From Lachnospiraceae bacterium UBA7086 (lineage in GTDB: Bacteria > Bacillota > Clostridia > Lachnospirales > Lachnospiraceae): a stretch of 64,000 bases of DNA. A program made the translations under genes and the position numbers. Of the stretch, positions 9,253-19,406 are shown piece by piece. Each line of letters starts with the position of its first letter. The stretch's first letter is position 1. The notes beneath the pieces are model-generated. The model saw nothing but the letters and a program-made list of their open reading frames with translations, made no database searches and was not told the origin of the DNA. Location: the NCBI GenBank assembly GCA_002492525.1, contig DKZA01000010.1, forward strand, positions 21,715 through 85,714, written 5' to 3'.

Positions 9253-10410
9253 GTGATGGCGGAATCCTATTTTGATGATAGGGAGGAAGACCGAGAAGCG
9301 CGCATCCGCTATGAGAGAAGACGGTGTATGCGGCGCGAAAGACAGCGGCGCATGAGACGGCGGCGCAGGCAAAAAAGACTTTTGTGTCTGGCGGTATTTG
9401 GAGTCATTCTGATTGTTATTTGTGTTTCTGTCAAATCCTGCAGGAGAGCAGGAAAGGATGAGGCCCCGGTACAGGAGCAGGAGCAGGCGGCAATAGAACC
9501 ACTCGACAAAGCGGAACTTGAAAAGATAATAGAAGAACAAAGCGGAGAAACGCAGCCGGAGGAACCGGAGACAGAAGAGGAAGTGCTGGTTTATAGCTTT
9601 ACACAAACAGAGGATACGGCGTCTATTGCCTGTGAGGAAGTAATCAGCACGCATGCTATTTTGGTGGATGAGAGCACAGATACCATCATTGCGTCAAAGG
9701 GAGCAAGAGAAAGAATCCTGCCGGCATCCATGACCAAGGTTTTGACCTTGCTGGTAGCGGCAGAACATATTCCGGAAGAAGAGTTGGGGCATACTTTTAC
9801 CATGACGCAGGAAATCGTGGATTATGCATACAGGAACGATTGTAGTTCCGTGGGGTTCGTAGCTGGAGAAAAGGTGCCGGTAAGGGATCTGTTCTATGGA
9901 ACGGCATTACATTCCGGCGGGGATGCGGCAGTAGGACTGGCAGTATATACGGCAGGTTCTCAGGAAGCCTTTGTGGAAATGATGAATCAGAAGCTGGGAG
10001 AACTGGGAATAGCAGAAAGTACGCATTTTACCAATTGTGTAGGACTATATGATGAAGCGCATTACACCACAGTTTATGATATGGCCATTATCATGAAAGC
10101 GGCTGTGCATAATGATCGATGCAGGGAAGTTTTATCTGCGCATATTTATACCACCCAGCCTACACAAGAGCATCCTGACGGGATAGAAATATCGAACTGG
10201 TTTCTGCGAAAAATAGAGGATAAAGATACTGGCGGCGAGGTGCTTTGTGCCAAGACCGGATATATTGTGCAGTCTAAAAACTGTGCGGTGAGCTATGGCA
10301 CTTTTGCAGGTAAAACACCGTATATCTGTGTGACAGCAGGTTCAACCAGTGGCTGGCGGTGTATTTATGATCATGTGGAAATTTATAATAGATATATCTC
10401 ATCCCCATAA
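9253..10410 (+). CDS. D-alanyl-D-alanine carboxypeptidase (peptidase S11)
   Basis: PASMTK (SxxK), SGGD (SxN-like), KTG motifs; TM anchor after basic N-terminus. Confidence 0.92.
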   Translation: MMAESYFDDREEDREARIRYERRRCMRRERQRRMRRRRRQKRLLCLAVFGVILIVICVSVKSCRRAGKDEAPVQEQEQAAIEPLDKAELEKIIEEQSGETQPEEPETEEEVLVYSFTQTEDTASIACEEVISTHAILVDESTDTIIASKGARERILPASMTKVLTLLVAAEHIPEEELGHTFTMTQEIVDYAYRNDCSSVGFVAGEKVPVRDLFYGTALHSGGDAAVGLAVYTAGSQEAFVEMMNQKLGELGIAESTHFTNCVGLYDEAHYTTVYDMAIIMKAAVHNDRCREVLSAHIYTTQPTQEHPDGIEISNWFLRKIEDKDTGGEVLCAKTGYIVQSKNCAVSYGTFAGKTPYICVTAGSTSGWRCIYDHVEIYNRYISSP

Positions 10411-10483
10411 GACTTTGGTTATTTCTTGCAATGGAAGAAGGAATTTTGTGCTATCTTGTTGGAGATAGCTATTCGGTTTATAT

Positions 10484-10515
10484 AAAGAAGGGATATGTAA
10501 AAGAAGGGATATGTA
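10484..10515 (+). repeat. Perfect 16-bp tandem duplication over RBS and start codon
   Basis: AAAGAAGGGATATGTA at 10484-10499 and 10500-10515. Confidence 0.9.
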
Positions 10516-10984
10516 TATGAAAAAAACAGTGGCAGAGTCCAGGATGGAGCAAGTGTATCAGGTGCGTCCGGAGCACTTAAACGGCGCCGGCAGGCTGTTT
10601 GGCGGGAGATTGATGGAATGGATTGATGAACTGGCCGGACTGGTTGCCATCCGGCATACACAGCAGGATGTGATAACCGCTTCTGTTGACAATCTGAAAT
10701 TCATTCGGGGAGCCTATCTGAAAGATTTGATCGTGCTGATTGGCAGAGTGACTTATGTGGGCAGGACTTCTCTGGAAGTACGGGTGGATACGTATATAGA
10801 AAGTCTCGATGGAATCAGGAAACCTATAAACAGGGCCTATCTGACACTGGTGGCAGTTGATAAAGAAGGCAATCCGGTGGAGGTACCGGGGCTTATTGTC
10901 GAGACAGAGGCCGAGAAAGCGGAATGGGAAGCCGGAATCAGGAGGCGTAAGATGCGTGAGCAGAGGAAAGAAGAGGGGTTTTAA
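10511..10984 (+). CDS. Acyl-CoA thioesterase (hotdog fold)
   Basis: HLNGAGRLFGGRLMEWIDE, VTYVGRTSLEV motifs. Confidence 0.92.
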   Translation: MYMKKTVAESRMEQVYQVRPEHLNGAGRLFGGRLMEWIDELAGLVAIRHTQQDVITASVDNLKFIRGAYLKDLIVLIGRVTYVGRTSLEVRVDTYIESLDGIRKPINRAYLTLVAVDKEGNPVEVPGLIVETEAEKAEWEAGIRRRKMREQRKEEGF

Positions 10985-11090
10985 GAAGAAAAGACTTTCT
11001 TTTGCAGTCGGTTCGTGATATGATAATTCCGAAATTCCTTTTTGCATATTTATGCAGTCAGAGAAAAGTACAAAAGAACGGAGTGGAAGC

Positions 11091-12692
11091 ATGAAAAAGA
11101 AAAAATTGTTACAGGGGATCGGCATCCTGATCCTGTGCCTGGCACTTGTGCCAATCACTGTATTTGCGGCGGATACGGAAGCGGAGTATGTGCCGGCCAT
11201 GTATGCTACTTTCTGGGCGCTGATTCCGCCTATTGTAGCGATCGTGTTGGCGTTGATCACCAAGGAAGTATACAGTTCTTTATTCATTGGTATTCTGGTG
11301 GGAGGATTGTTTTATTCCGGATTTTCCTTTGAGGGGACGTTGACTCATATTTTTAATAATGGGTTTGTAGCCGTGTTATCGGACAGCTATAATGTGGGTA
11401 TTTTGATATTCCTTGTGATATTAGGCGCTATGGTAAGTCTTATGAACCGGGCCGGAGGATCTGCGGCGTTTGGCCATTATGCCAAAGAGAAGATCAAGAC
11501 ACGCGCCGGAGCGCAGCTTGCAACGGTGGCGCTGGGGGTTCTGATATTTATTGATGATTATTTTAACTGTCTTACCGTGGGAAGCGTTATGAAACCGGTC
11601 ACAGATGAGCATAAGGTCTCCAGGGCGAAACTGGCATATCTGATTGATGCCACGGCGGCTCCCGTTTGTATTATTGCCCCAATCTCTTCCTGGGCAGCAG
11701 CGGTGTCAGGGTTCGTGGAAGGGGAGGATGGTTTTTCTATTTTTATTCGTGCCATACCCTATAATTTCTATGCTATATTAACCATTGTGATGATGATTGC
11801 GATTGTGGCTATGAATCTGGATTTTGGGCCTATGAAAACGCATGAAACCAATGCCCTTAAGGGAGATTTGTTTTCCACGAAAGAAGGGACTTCCAGAAAA
11901 GAGGAAGAAGAGGTCAACCCGAAAGGGAAAGTGATTGACCTTTTGATTCCCATTATCATGTTGATCGTATGTTGTGTGATCGGTATGATTTATACGGGCG
12001 GATTCTTTGACGGGTCAGGTTTTGTAGAGGCATTTTCCAATTCTGATGCTTCTGTGGGACTGGCATTAGGCAGTATCTGTGCCATGATACTGACGGTCAT
12101 TATTTATCTGATCAGAAGAGTCTTAAGTTTTACAGATTGCATGAAATGTCTGCCCGATGGCTTTAAGGCGATGGTTCCGGCGATTTTAATCCTTACGTTT
12201 GCATGGACGTTAAAAGCTATGACGGATTCTCTGGGGGCAGCAGTCTTTGTGGCTGATGCGGTTCAGAAGAGTGCCGGATCGTTTATGAGTTTTCTGCCGG
12301 CCATTGTTTTCCTGGTGGCATGTTTCCTGGCCTTTTCCACGGGAACTTCCTGGGGCACCTTCGGTATTCTGATTCCGATTGTGGTGAATGTATTTATGAA
12401 TACCAATCCGCAGCTGATGATCATTTCCATCTCAGCTTGTATGGCAGGCGCAGTGTGCGGTGATCATTGTTCGCCTATATCGGATACGACTATTATGGCA
12501 TCCGCAGGTGCACAGTGTGATCACGTTAATCATGTGTCCACGCAGCTGCCTTATGTGATCGTGGTTGCCGCTATTTCTTTTGTTACCTATGTTGTGGCCG
12601 GATTCACGAGAAGCGCATGGATTTCCCTGCCGGTTGGAATTGTGCTCCTGATTCTTACTTTGTTGGTTGTGAAGAATATGCAGAAAGAGTGA
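11091..12692 (+). CDS. Na+/H+ antiporter NhaC-family transporter
   Basis: FIDDYFN, DATAAP, GTSWGTF, GDHCSPISDTT motifs. Confidence 0.9.
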   Translation: MKKKKLLQGIGILILCLALVPITVFAADTEAEYVPAMYATFWALIPPIVAIVLALITKEVYSSLFIGILVGGLFYSGFSFEGTLTHIFNNGFVAVLSDSYNVGILIFLVILGAMVSLMNRAGGSAAFGHYAKEKIKTRAGAQLATVALGVLIFIDDYFNCLTVGSVMKPVTDEHKVSRAKLAYLIDATAAPVCIIAPISSWAAAVSGFVEGEDGFSIFIRAIPYNFYAILTIVMMIAIVAMNLDFGPMKTHETNALKGDLFSTKEGTSRKEEEEVNPKGKVIDLLIPIIMLIVCCVIGMIYTGGFFDGSGFVEAFSNSDASVGLALGSICAMILTVIIYLIRRVLSFTDCMKCLPDGFKAMVPAILILTFAWTLKAMTDSLGAAVFVADAVQKSAGSFMSFLPAIVFLVACFLAFSTGTSWGTFGILIPIVVNVFMNTNPQLMIISISACMAGAVCGDHCSPISDTTIMASAGAQCDHVNHVSTQLPYVIVVAAISFVTYVVAGFTRSAWISLPVGIVLLILTLLVVKNMQKE

Positions 12693-12757
12693 TTTTGTAA
12701 CAGTCCCTATGACCGGAGAGGTTTTTGGGGATAACGCATATTTTTGTAAGCAGTCTT

Positions 12758-12790
12758 ATTGTTAACCATATCAAATAACAGGTTGACAAT
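12758..12790. promoter_or_regulatory. BirA biotin repressor operator
   Basis: ATTGTTAACC-N13-GGTTGACAAT palindrome resembling the Firmicute BirA consensus, directly upstream of bioY. Confidence 0.85.
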
Positions 12791-12837
12791 TGGACTGCTT
12801 TTTGTTATGTTATAGAAAATATGGATGGGGGCGGGAA

Positions 12838-13389
12838 ATGGAACAGAAGAGCAAAATTCAGAAAATGGCCATGTGCAGTTTATTTACGGCGTTGACGGCA
12901 GTGGGAGCCTTTATCAAGATACCGGTACCAGTGGTTCCGTTTACTCTGCAGTTTTTATTTATTATGCTGGCAGGGCTTCTGTTGGGAGGAAAGCTGGGGG
13001 CAGTCAGCGTGGGCGCCTATGCGTTCCTGGGGCTGGCAGGACTTCCTATCTTTGCGGAAGGCGGCGGATTCTGGTATGTGTTAAAGCCCAGCTTTGGTTA
13101 TATTCTGGGATTTGTCCTGGCGGCTTATGTGATCGGCAGGATTACGGAGAAGATGGAGGGATTGACTTTTGGAAAGATTCTGGCCGCGAACTTTGTTGGT
13201 CTTGCGATTGTCTATGGGGCCGGTATGGTGTATTACTATCTCATTTGTAATTATGTGATCAATACGCCCATCGGATTGTGGCCGTTATTTTTGTATTGTC
13301 TTTTACTGCCGGTGCCGGGAGATATTTGTCTATGTTTTGTGACGGCCGTTTTGACCAGACGGCTTAAGCCGGTGCTCGCCAGAATGTGA
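12838..13389 (+). CDS. bioY: Biotin transporter S component BioY
   Basis: PVPVVPFTLQ, GLPIFAEGGG, PSFGYILGF motifs. Confidence 0.95.
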   Translation: MEQKSKIQKMAMCSLFTALTAVGAFIKIPVPVVPFTLQFLFIMLAGLLLGGKLGAVSVGAYAFLGLAGLPIFAEGGGFWYVLKPSFGYILGFVLAAYVIGRITEKMEGLTFGKILAANFVGLAIVYGAGMVYYYLICNYVINTPIGLWPLFLYCLLLPVPGDICLCFVTAVLTRRLKPVLARM

Positions 13390-13429
13390 CGGAGGCCGGT
13401 GTGGACAGGCACAAGGATGCAGCAGAGAA

Positions 13430-14416
13430 ATGGAGGTTCGCATGAGTTTTGTATCTAAAATGAAAAACAAAGTGTTAAATGGGGAAGAGATTACCAGGCA
13501 GGAAGCGCTCCGGCTTGCCCAAGCACCGCTTGCCGAATTGCAGGAGGCAGCGGATGAGATTCGCAAGAAGGCGTGCGGGAACGGTTTTGATATCTGCACG
13601 ATCGTCAACGGAAAGTGCGGCAGGTGCTCTGAGGATTGTAAGTACTGTGCTCAGAGCGCGCATTATCATACGGCCTGTGAGGAGAGTTATCCTCTGCTTT
13701 CCACAGAAGAGCTGGTGGAGGGAGCCAGACACAATGAGGAACAGGGGGTACTGCGGTATTCCATCGTGACATCCGGCAAGCGCCTTTCCGGGAAAGAGGT
13801 GGAGCAGGTGTGCGAGAGCATCCGCAGGATCAAAGAAGAGACTAGCATAGAGGTGTGTGTCTCTTTTGGTTTGCTGGATGAGGAGCAGTTTCGTAAGATT
13901 AAGGAGGCAGGCGCATCCCGGGTGCACTGTAATCTGGAATCTTCGGCTCGGTTTTTCCCTTCCGTTTGTACGACACATACCTACGAGGAGAAAATAGAAA
14001 CGCTGAAAGCGGCGAAACGGGCGGGACTGTCTATCTGTTCCGGCGGGATTCTGGGGCTTGGAGAAACCATGGAAGATCGGATTGATATGGTGCTGACGGC
14101 CAGAGAACTGGGGGTCAAGTCGATTCCCGTGAATCTTTTGAATCCCATTCCGGGAACACCTTATGAGAAGAGGAAGCCTTTATCCAATGAGGAAGCATGC
14201 AGATGCGTGGCGCTGTTTCGGTTTTTGATTCCCGATGCGTCGATCAGGCTGGCCGGCGGCAGAGGCCTGGTGGGGGATAAAGGGGAAGCATGTTTTAGAA
14301 GCGGGGCCAACGCAGCCATTTCAGGGGATATGTTGACCACGGCCGGCATTACGGTGGAGACCGACATGAAACTCATACATACTTTAGGATTCGAGGTGAA
14401 ACGCTGCAATGGCTAA
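13430..14416 (+). CDS. bioB: Biotin synthase
   Basis: CSEDCKYCAQS radical SAM motif; HCNLE, CSGGILGLGET. Confidence 0.97.
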   Translation: MEVRMSFVSKMKNKVLNGEEITRQEALRLAQAPLAELQEAADEIRKKACGNGFDICTIVNGKCGRCSEDCKYCAQSAHYHTACEESYPLLSTEELVEGARHNEEQGVLRYSIVTSGKRLSGKEVEQVCESIRRIKEETSIEVCVSFGLLDEEQFRKIKEAGASRVHCNLESSARFFPSVCTTHTYEEKIETLKAAKRAGLSICSGGILGLGETMEDRIDMVLTARELGVKSIPVNLLNPIPGTPYEKRKPLSNEEACRCVALFRFLIPDASIRLAGGRGLVGDKGEACFRSGANAAISGDMLTTAGITVETDMKLIHTLGFEVKRCNG

Positions 14417-15095
14417 GAAGATTTTTATTACAGGAACGGGCACGGATGTGGGGAAGACTTATGTGACGGGTCTGATCGTAAAAAAGTTAAAGGAAAATGG
14501 CATAAACGCCGCTTATTATAAGGCGGCTATGAGCGGCAACGAGAGGGATAAAGACGGAGTCCTGATTCCGGGAGATGCGCTGCATGTGAAGACGGTATCG
14601 GGGATTGAACAGCCCCTTGCACAGATGTGTCCTTATATTTATGAGACAGCGGTTTCGCCGCATCTTGCTTCTCGCATCGAGGGAGATCCAGTGGTGATGG
14701 AAGAGGTGGTAAAGGGTTTTGAGGAGATATGCCGCCAGTATGATTATGTGACCATGGAGGGCAGCGGAGGGATCTTGTGTCCCATCTGTTTTGACGAGAG
14801 AGAACTGTGGCTGGAGGATGTGATCAGACGGCTGGGGCTGTCCAGTTTGATCGTGGCGGATGCAGGGCTTGGCACCATCAACAGTGTGGTGCTGACGGTG
14901 GAATATATGCGGGCGAAGAATCTTCCCGTAAAGGGTGTTATCTTCAATCATTTTCATCCGGGAGACAGGATGGAGGAGGATAATCAGCGTATGTGCGAGC
15001 ACAGAGCAAAGCTGCCGGTCATAGCCTGCGTGGAGGATGGAAGCGGCAGACTGGATATGGACATAGAGCAGCTGACCGCGTTGTATGATGCGTAA
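14409..15095 (+). CDS. bioD: Dethiobiotin synthase
   Basis: ITGTGTDVGKT, SPHLA, EGSGG, GLGTIN motifs. Confidence 0.97.
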   Translation: MAKKIFITGTGTDVGKTYVTGLIVKKLKENGINAAYYKAAMSGNERDKDGVLIPGDALHVKTVSGIEQPLAQMCPYIYETAVSPHLASRIEGDPVVMEEVVKGFEEICRQYDYVTMEGSGGILCPICFDERELWLEDVIRRLGLSSLIVADAGLGTINSVVLTVEYMRAKNLPVKGVIFNHFHPGDRMEEDNQRMCEHRAKLPVIACVEDGSGRLDMDIEQLTALYDA

Positions 15096-15189
15096 CAGTT
15101 CATAGGGCGGACGCCCGACAACTTATGAATGTGCATGGCTGTTACGAATGACGAGTAGAAAATAACAGAAGCAAGGGAGATATAATAGT

Positions 15190-16386
15190 ATGATCTGGTA
15201 TCCTTATCAGCAGATGAAAACCATGAAAGACCCCTATAAGATTATAGATGCCGAGGGTGTTATGTTGAAGACACCCGAGCGGGAGATGATTGACTCTGTC
15301 TCTTCCTGGTGGAGTGTGATTCACGGGTATAAGCATCCGGTGCTTACGGAGGCAATCAAGAAGCAGGCGGATTGTTTTTCCCATGTGATGCTGGGAGGGC
15401 TGACCCATGAACCGGTGTTAAAGCTGGCGGATAAATTAAAGAACTTTCTGCCGGGCGACCTGGATTACTGCTTTTTTTCCGATTCCGGAAGTGTGGCGGT
15501 AGAAGTGGCCCTGAAGATGGCATTACAATATTATGTAAATCGAGGAGAAATGGAGAGGACAAAGGTGCTTTCTCTGACTCATGCTTATCATGGAGATACC
15601 TTTAAGACCATGGAAGTGGGAGATGATGAAGATTATCATTTTATTTTGGAAGCTTATGGAGAGAAGAAGAATGTGATTCATGTTCCGACGCAGATCCCGG
15701 CTCTGGAGCAGGCCTTTGAAAAGTACCATCAGCAGTTGAATTGTATGATCGTGGAGCCGCTTTTGCAGGGAGCCGGCGGGATGCGGATGTATGATCTGTC
15801 TTTTCTTGTCCGGGCCAGGGAACTCTGCGACCGCTATGGTGTTCTGTTGATTTTTGATGAGGTAGCAACAGGGTTTGGCCGTACCGGCAATCGTTTTGTG
15901 GCGGATCTGGTACAGCCGGATATTCTGGTGTTGGGGAAGGCACTGACGGGAGGTTATATCGGTCATGCGGTGACGGTAGCCAATCGGAAAGTATACGATG
16001 GATTTTACAGTGATGATGCGGACAAGGCATTGATGCACGGCCCGACCTTTATGGGTAATGCTCTGGCGTGCAGTGTGGCGCTTGCTTCCATTGAGGTTTT
16101 TGAAAAACAGGATTATATGGCGAAGATTAAGCGGATTGAAGAGATAACCAGGCGAGAGATGGGGGGATTTAGCCACAATAAGATTAAGGAAGTAAGAATT
16201 ATGGGAGGCTGTGTTTGCGTGGAAGTAAAAGAGGCGGACACTCTCAAAGGATATCAGCAGTTCGCCTATGAACGCGGCGTATTCAGCCGTCCCTTCTTAA
16301 ACTGTATGTATGCCATGGTTCCCTACATTATATCGGAGGAACAGCTGATCAGAGTCCTGGACACGATGAAGGCATGGTTCCTGTAA
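15190..16386 (+). CDS. bioA: Adenosylmethionine-8-amino-7-oxononanoate aminotransferase
   Basis: SSWWSVIHG, DSGSVAVEVALK, YHGDT, FDEVATGFGRTG, GKALTGG, HGPTFMGN. Confidence 0.95.
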   Translation: MIWYPYQQMKTMKDPYKIIDAEGVMLKTPEREMIDSVSSWWSVIHGYKHPVLTEAIKKQADCFSHVMLGGLTHEPVLKLADKLKNFLPGDLDYCFFSDSGSVAVEVALKMALQYYVNRGEMERTKVLSLTHAYHGDTFKTMEVGDDEDYHFILEAYGEKKNVIHVPTQIPALEQAFEKYHQQLNCMIVEPLLQGAGGMRMYDLSFLVRARELCDRYGVLLIFDEVATGFGRTGNRFVADLVQPDILVLGKALTGGYIGHAVTVANRKVYDGFYSDDADKALMHGPTFMGNALACSVALASIEVFEKQDYMAKIKRIEEITRREMGGFSHNKIKEVRIMGGCVCVEVKEADTLKGYQQFAYERGVFSRPFLNCMYAMVPYIISEEQLIRVLDTMKAWFL

Positions 16387-16473
16387 CGACAGGATATTGA
16401 CTGGAAACACCACTTTTACTTATTCCGAATATATGATATAGTAGTTATAAATTCATGGAAAGGAATAAGTGAA

Positions 16474-17961
16474 ATGTTGGTGCTTGTGAAGACATCGGCC
16501 GCATGTCTTTTGATGATGATATATATGATAGGGTTTTATTATAGGAAGCCACATATTCCGATTAAGTCTACAAGAATATTTCAGTGGCTTATTGTTGCTG
16601 CGGTATTGAGTTCTTTATTTGATCTGATCACCATCTGTACGGTAAACAGCAGAGATGTGGTGCCGGATTCTTTGAATCTGGCTGCCCATATTATATATCT
16701 GTTGTCTATTCTGGGATATGTTTATCTTTTATTTATCTATATGAGAAGCTATCTGGAAACAAATCTGCGATTTTCTAATGCGGTAAAAATACTTCACAGC
16801 CTGCCTTTTATCGTATCGACTGTGGGGATTTTTCTGTTGCCCATCACTTATGTTCATGGTAAAACAACAGATTATTCTTTGGGGCCCAAGGCATATGCGC
16901 TGTACGCAAGTCTGGTGATTTATCTGCTTTTGATTCTGTATTACAGTCTTCGCTATTGGAAGATTATGGATGAGGATAAAAGGCTTGCGATTGTACTTGC
17001 GGTGCCTCTTTATGCGGTCACGGCACTGATTCAGATGCTGATTCCGGAAACTTTAGTGGTGGTGGTCTGTTCAACATTGATTCTTCTGGGACTGATACTG
17101 AGTAATGAGAATACGGAAAAGTATGTGGATGAGAAGACCACATTGTTTAATCAGTACTCTTTTGAGAAGGTGTTGGAAGAATTTGATTTTGAGAAACAAA
17201 AGCTTGTTATAGCCGTTCTTTGTTTTTGCAAGACAGAGAATACTCTGGACTGGAAACAGGATGTGCTGATCTTAAATGATATTCATAAAGAGATAAAACA
17301 ATATCATTTGTATGGATATCGTGTGGGTGAAAACGGCGTCGTTTTTATCAGCAGTGCTGAAGAGAAAGCCAGAATCATGCTGGAGAGAATCCGGGATAAT
17401 GTGGAAAATAAATATGGCAAAGATACCATAAATATTGAAACGAAAATACTTACGAAAGATGCTACGGTTACCAAAAACAGTTGTATGCGCAATATCATTG
17501 TTTTCTGTTCGGAGATAGGCAGCCGGCTTGCCTATATTGATTATCTGACCAATATCTATAACCGTAACGCTTTGGAGCGGGATCTGGATAAGCAGGAAAC
17601 AGAAGGTGTTTTTTACTTTATGGCTGATTTGAACGGTCTTAAATTTGTGAATGATACGATTGGTCATTCCGCCGGTGATAAAATGCTGCAGGGGTTCGCC
17701 CATCTGCTGGTAGATGCTGTAGGAGAAGACGGAAGGGCATACCGGCAGGGCGGAGATGAATTCGCGGTATTATACAATAAAAATCCATTGGATTTTATAC
17801 ACAATTTAGAGAAACGGTGTGAAGAATATAATCAGGCCAGTCCGATCCCTATTAGTTATGCCATTGGTTATTGTCTGGTGGAAGAGGAGGGATTCCGGGA
17901 TGTGGCAGACCGGATGATGTATGAGGATAAACGACGGAAAAAACAGCAGGGAGTAAGATAG
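16474..17961 (+). CDS. Membrane diguanylate cyclase (multi-TM sensor, degenerate GGDEF, intact GGDEF)
   Basis: About 7 TM segments; DEKTTLFN...YRVGENG degenerate copy; DYLTNIYNR...DLNGLKFVNDTIGH...RQGGDEF. Confidence 0.88.
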   Translation: MLVLVKTSAACLLMMIYMIGFYYRKPHIPIKSTRIFQWLIVAAVLSSLFDLITICTVNSRDVVPDSLNLAAHIIYLLSILGYVYLLFIYMRSYLETNLRFSNAVKILHSLPFIVSTVGIFLLPITYVHGKTTDYSLGPKAYALYASLVIYLLLILYYSLRYWKIMDEDKRLAIVLAVPLYAVTALIQMLIPETLVVVVCSTLILLGLILSNENTEKYVDEKTTLFNQYSFEKVLEEFDFEKQKLVIAVLCFCKTENTLDWKQDVLILNDIHKEIKQYHLYGYRVGENGVVFISSAEEKARIMLERIRDNVENKYGKDTINIETKILTKDATVTKNSCMRNIIVFCSEIGSRLAYIDYLTNIYNRNALERDLDKQETEGVFYFMADLNGLKFVNDTIGHSAGDKMLQGFAHLLVDAVGEDGRAYRQGGDEFAVLYNKNPLDFIHNLEKRCEEYNQASPIPISYAIGYCLVEEEGFRDVADRMMYEDKRRKKQQGVR

Positions 17962-18004
17962 AGCCTTATTTGTGGAAATGGATATGACAGAGGAGTGACA
18001 GAGT

Positions 18005-19381
18005 ATGGAGCTTATCAAGAAATTTCTGGAGCCTGTGGATATGACGGAAGGTTCTCCCTGGAAAAAGATCGTTCTTTTTGCGGTCCCTATGTTGGTGGGT
18101 AATATTGCACAGCAGCTTTATAACACAGTGGACAGTGTGGTAGTGGGCAATTATGTAGGGGATAACGCACTGGCCGCGGTGGGCAGCGCGGGCCCCATTC
18201 TGAATCTGCTGATTGTTTTGTTTGTGGGTATCAGTGTGGGTGCAGGTATTATGGTGTCCCAGTACTTTGGGGCGAAGGACAGGGAAAAACTGTCCATAAC
18301 CATCGGAAACTGCATTACGCTGACAGCCATTGCCACGCTGTTTGTAATGGTAGCGGCATCCCTGGTAGCGCGGCCTCTTCTGGAGCTTCTGGATACGCCG
18401 GCGTCGATTATAGATTGGTGTCATTCCTATCTGTTGATATTGTTTATCGGTTCGGCAGGTCTGGCTTATTATAATATCCTGAGCGGTATACTGCGCGGAT
18501 TGGGAGATTCCATGTCGGCACTAGCTTATCTGCTGGTCTCTACCGTAATCAATATTGTCCTGGATCTTTTGTTTGTGGCGAAACTTGGCATGGGCGTCAA
18601 TGGGGTGGCGTTAGCGACGGTGATTGCCCAGCTTATCTCTGCACTGCTTTGTCAGCTGCGCCTGATGCAGATGAAAGAATATTTTGATTTGAGGAAAGAC
18701 CATCTTAAGGTACAGAAGGAGTACAGCGGTAAGATTATCCGTCTGGGACTGCCTTCTGGGATTACCCAGGCCATTCTTTCCATGGCCATGATCGTGGTAC
18801 AGTCTCTGACCAACAGTTTTGGGGAAATGTTCATTGCGGCCAACGTAATTGTCATGCGCGTGGACGGTTTTGCCATGATGCCTAACTTTTCTTTCGGTAC
18901 GGCGATGACTACCTATGCGGGACAGAATGTGGGGGCCAGACGGGATGACAGAGTGGAGAGCGGCGCGAAACAGGGAACGCTGATCGCGGCAGTGACTTCC
19001 GCCGTGATCACCGGACTGATTCTGATATTTGGCAAAACACTCATGGGTATCTTTACGAAAACACCGGAACTGGTGGAGCTAAGCCGCGATATGATGGGGA
19101 TTCTGGCGGTGGGCTATATTGCCATGGCAGTAACGCAGAGCCTGTCCGGGGTGATGCGCGGCGCGGGCGACACCATGACCCCGATGTGGATTTCCATTGT
19201 GACCACCATCTGTATCCGGGTACCGGTTGCTTACGGGATTTCTTATCTGACCAGGACACCGCAGCTTCCAAACGGCAGGCAGGAATGTATTTTTATCTCT
19301 CTGTTGATTTCGTGGATTCTTGGGGCATTGATTACCTTTGTATTTTATAAGCGGGGAAAGTGGAAAGAGAAGGCGGTGTAG
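18005..19381 (+). CDS. MATE family efflux transporter
   Basis: QQLYNTVDS, LRGLGDS, NIVLDLLF, GQNVGA, RGAGDT motifs. Confidence 0.95.
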   Translation: MELIKKFLEPVDMTEGSPWKKIVLFAVPMLVGNIAQQLYNTVDSVVVGNYVGDNALAAVGSAGPILNLLIVLFVGISVGAGIMVSQYFGAKDREKLSITIGNCITLTAIATLFVMVAASLVARPLLELLDTPASIIDWCHSYLLILFIGSAGLAYYNILSGILRGLGDSMSALAYLLVSTVINIVLDLLFVAKLGMGVNGVALATVIAQLISALLCQLRLMQMKEYFDLRKDHLKVQKEYSGKIIRLGLPSGITQAILSMAMIVVQSLTNSFGEMFIAANVIVMRVDGFAMMPNFSFGTAMTTYAGQNVGARRDDRVESGAKQGTLIAAVTSAVITGLILIFGKTLMGIFTKTPELVELSRDMMGILAVGYIAMAVTQSLSGVMRGAGDTMTPMWISIVTTICIRVPVAYGISYLTRTPQLPNGRQECIFISLLISWILGALITFVFYKRGKWKEKAV

Positions 19382-19406
19382 GGTTGGGATTATCCTAAGC
19401 TTATGT

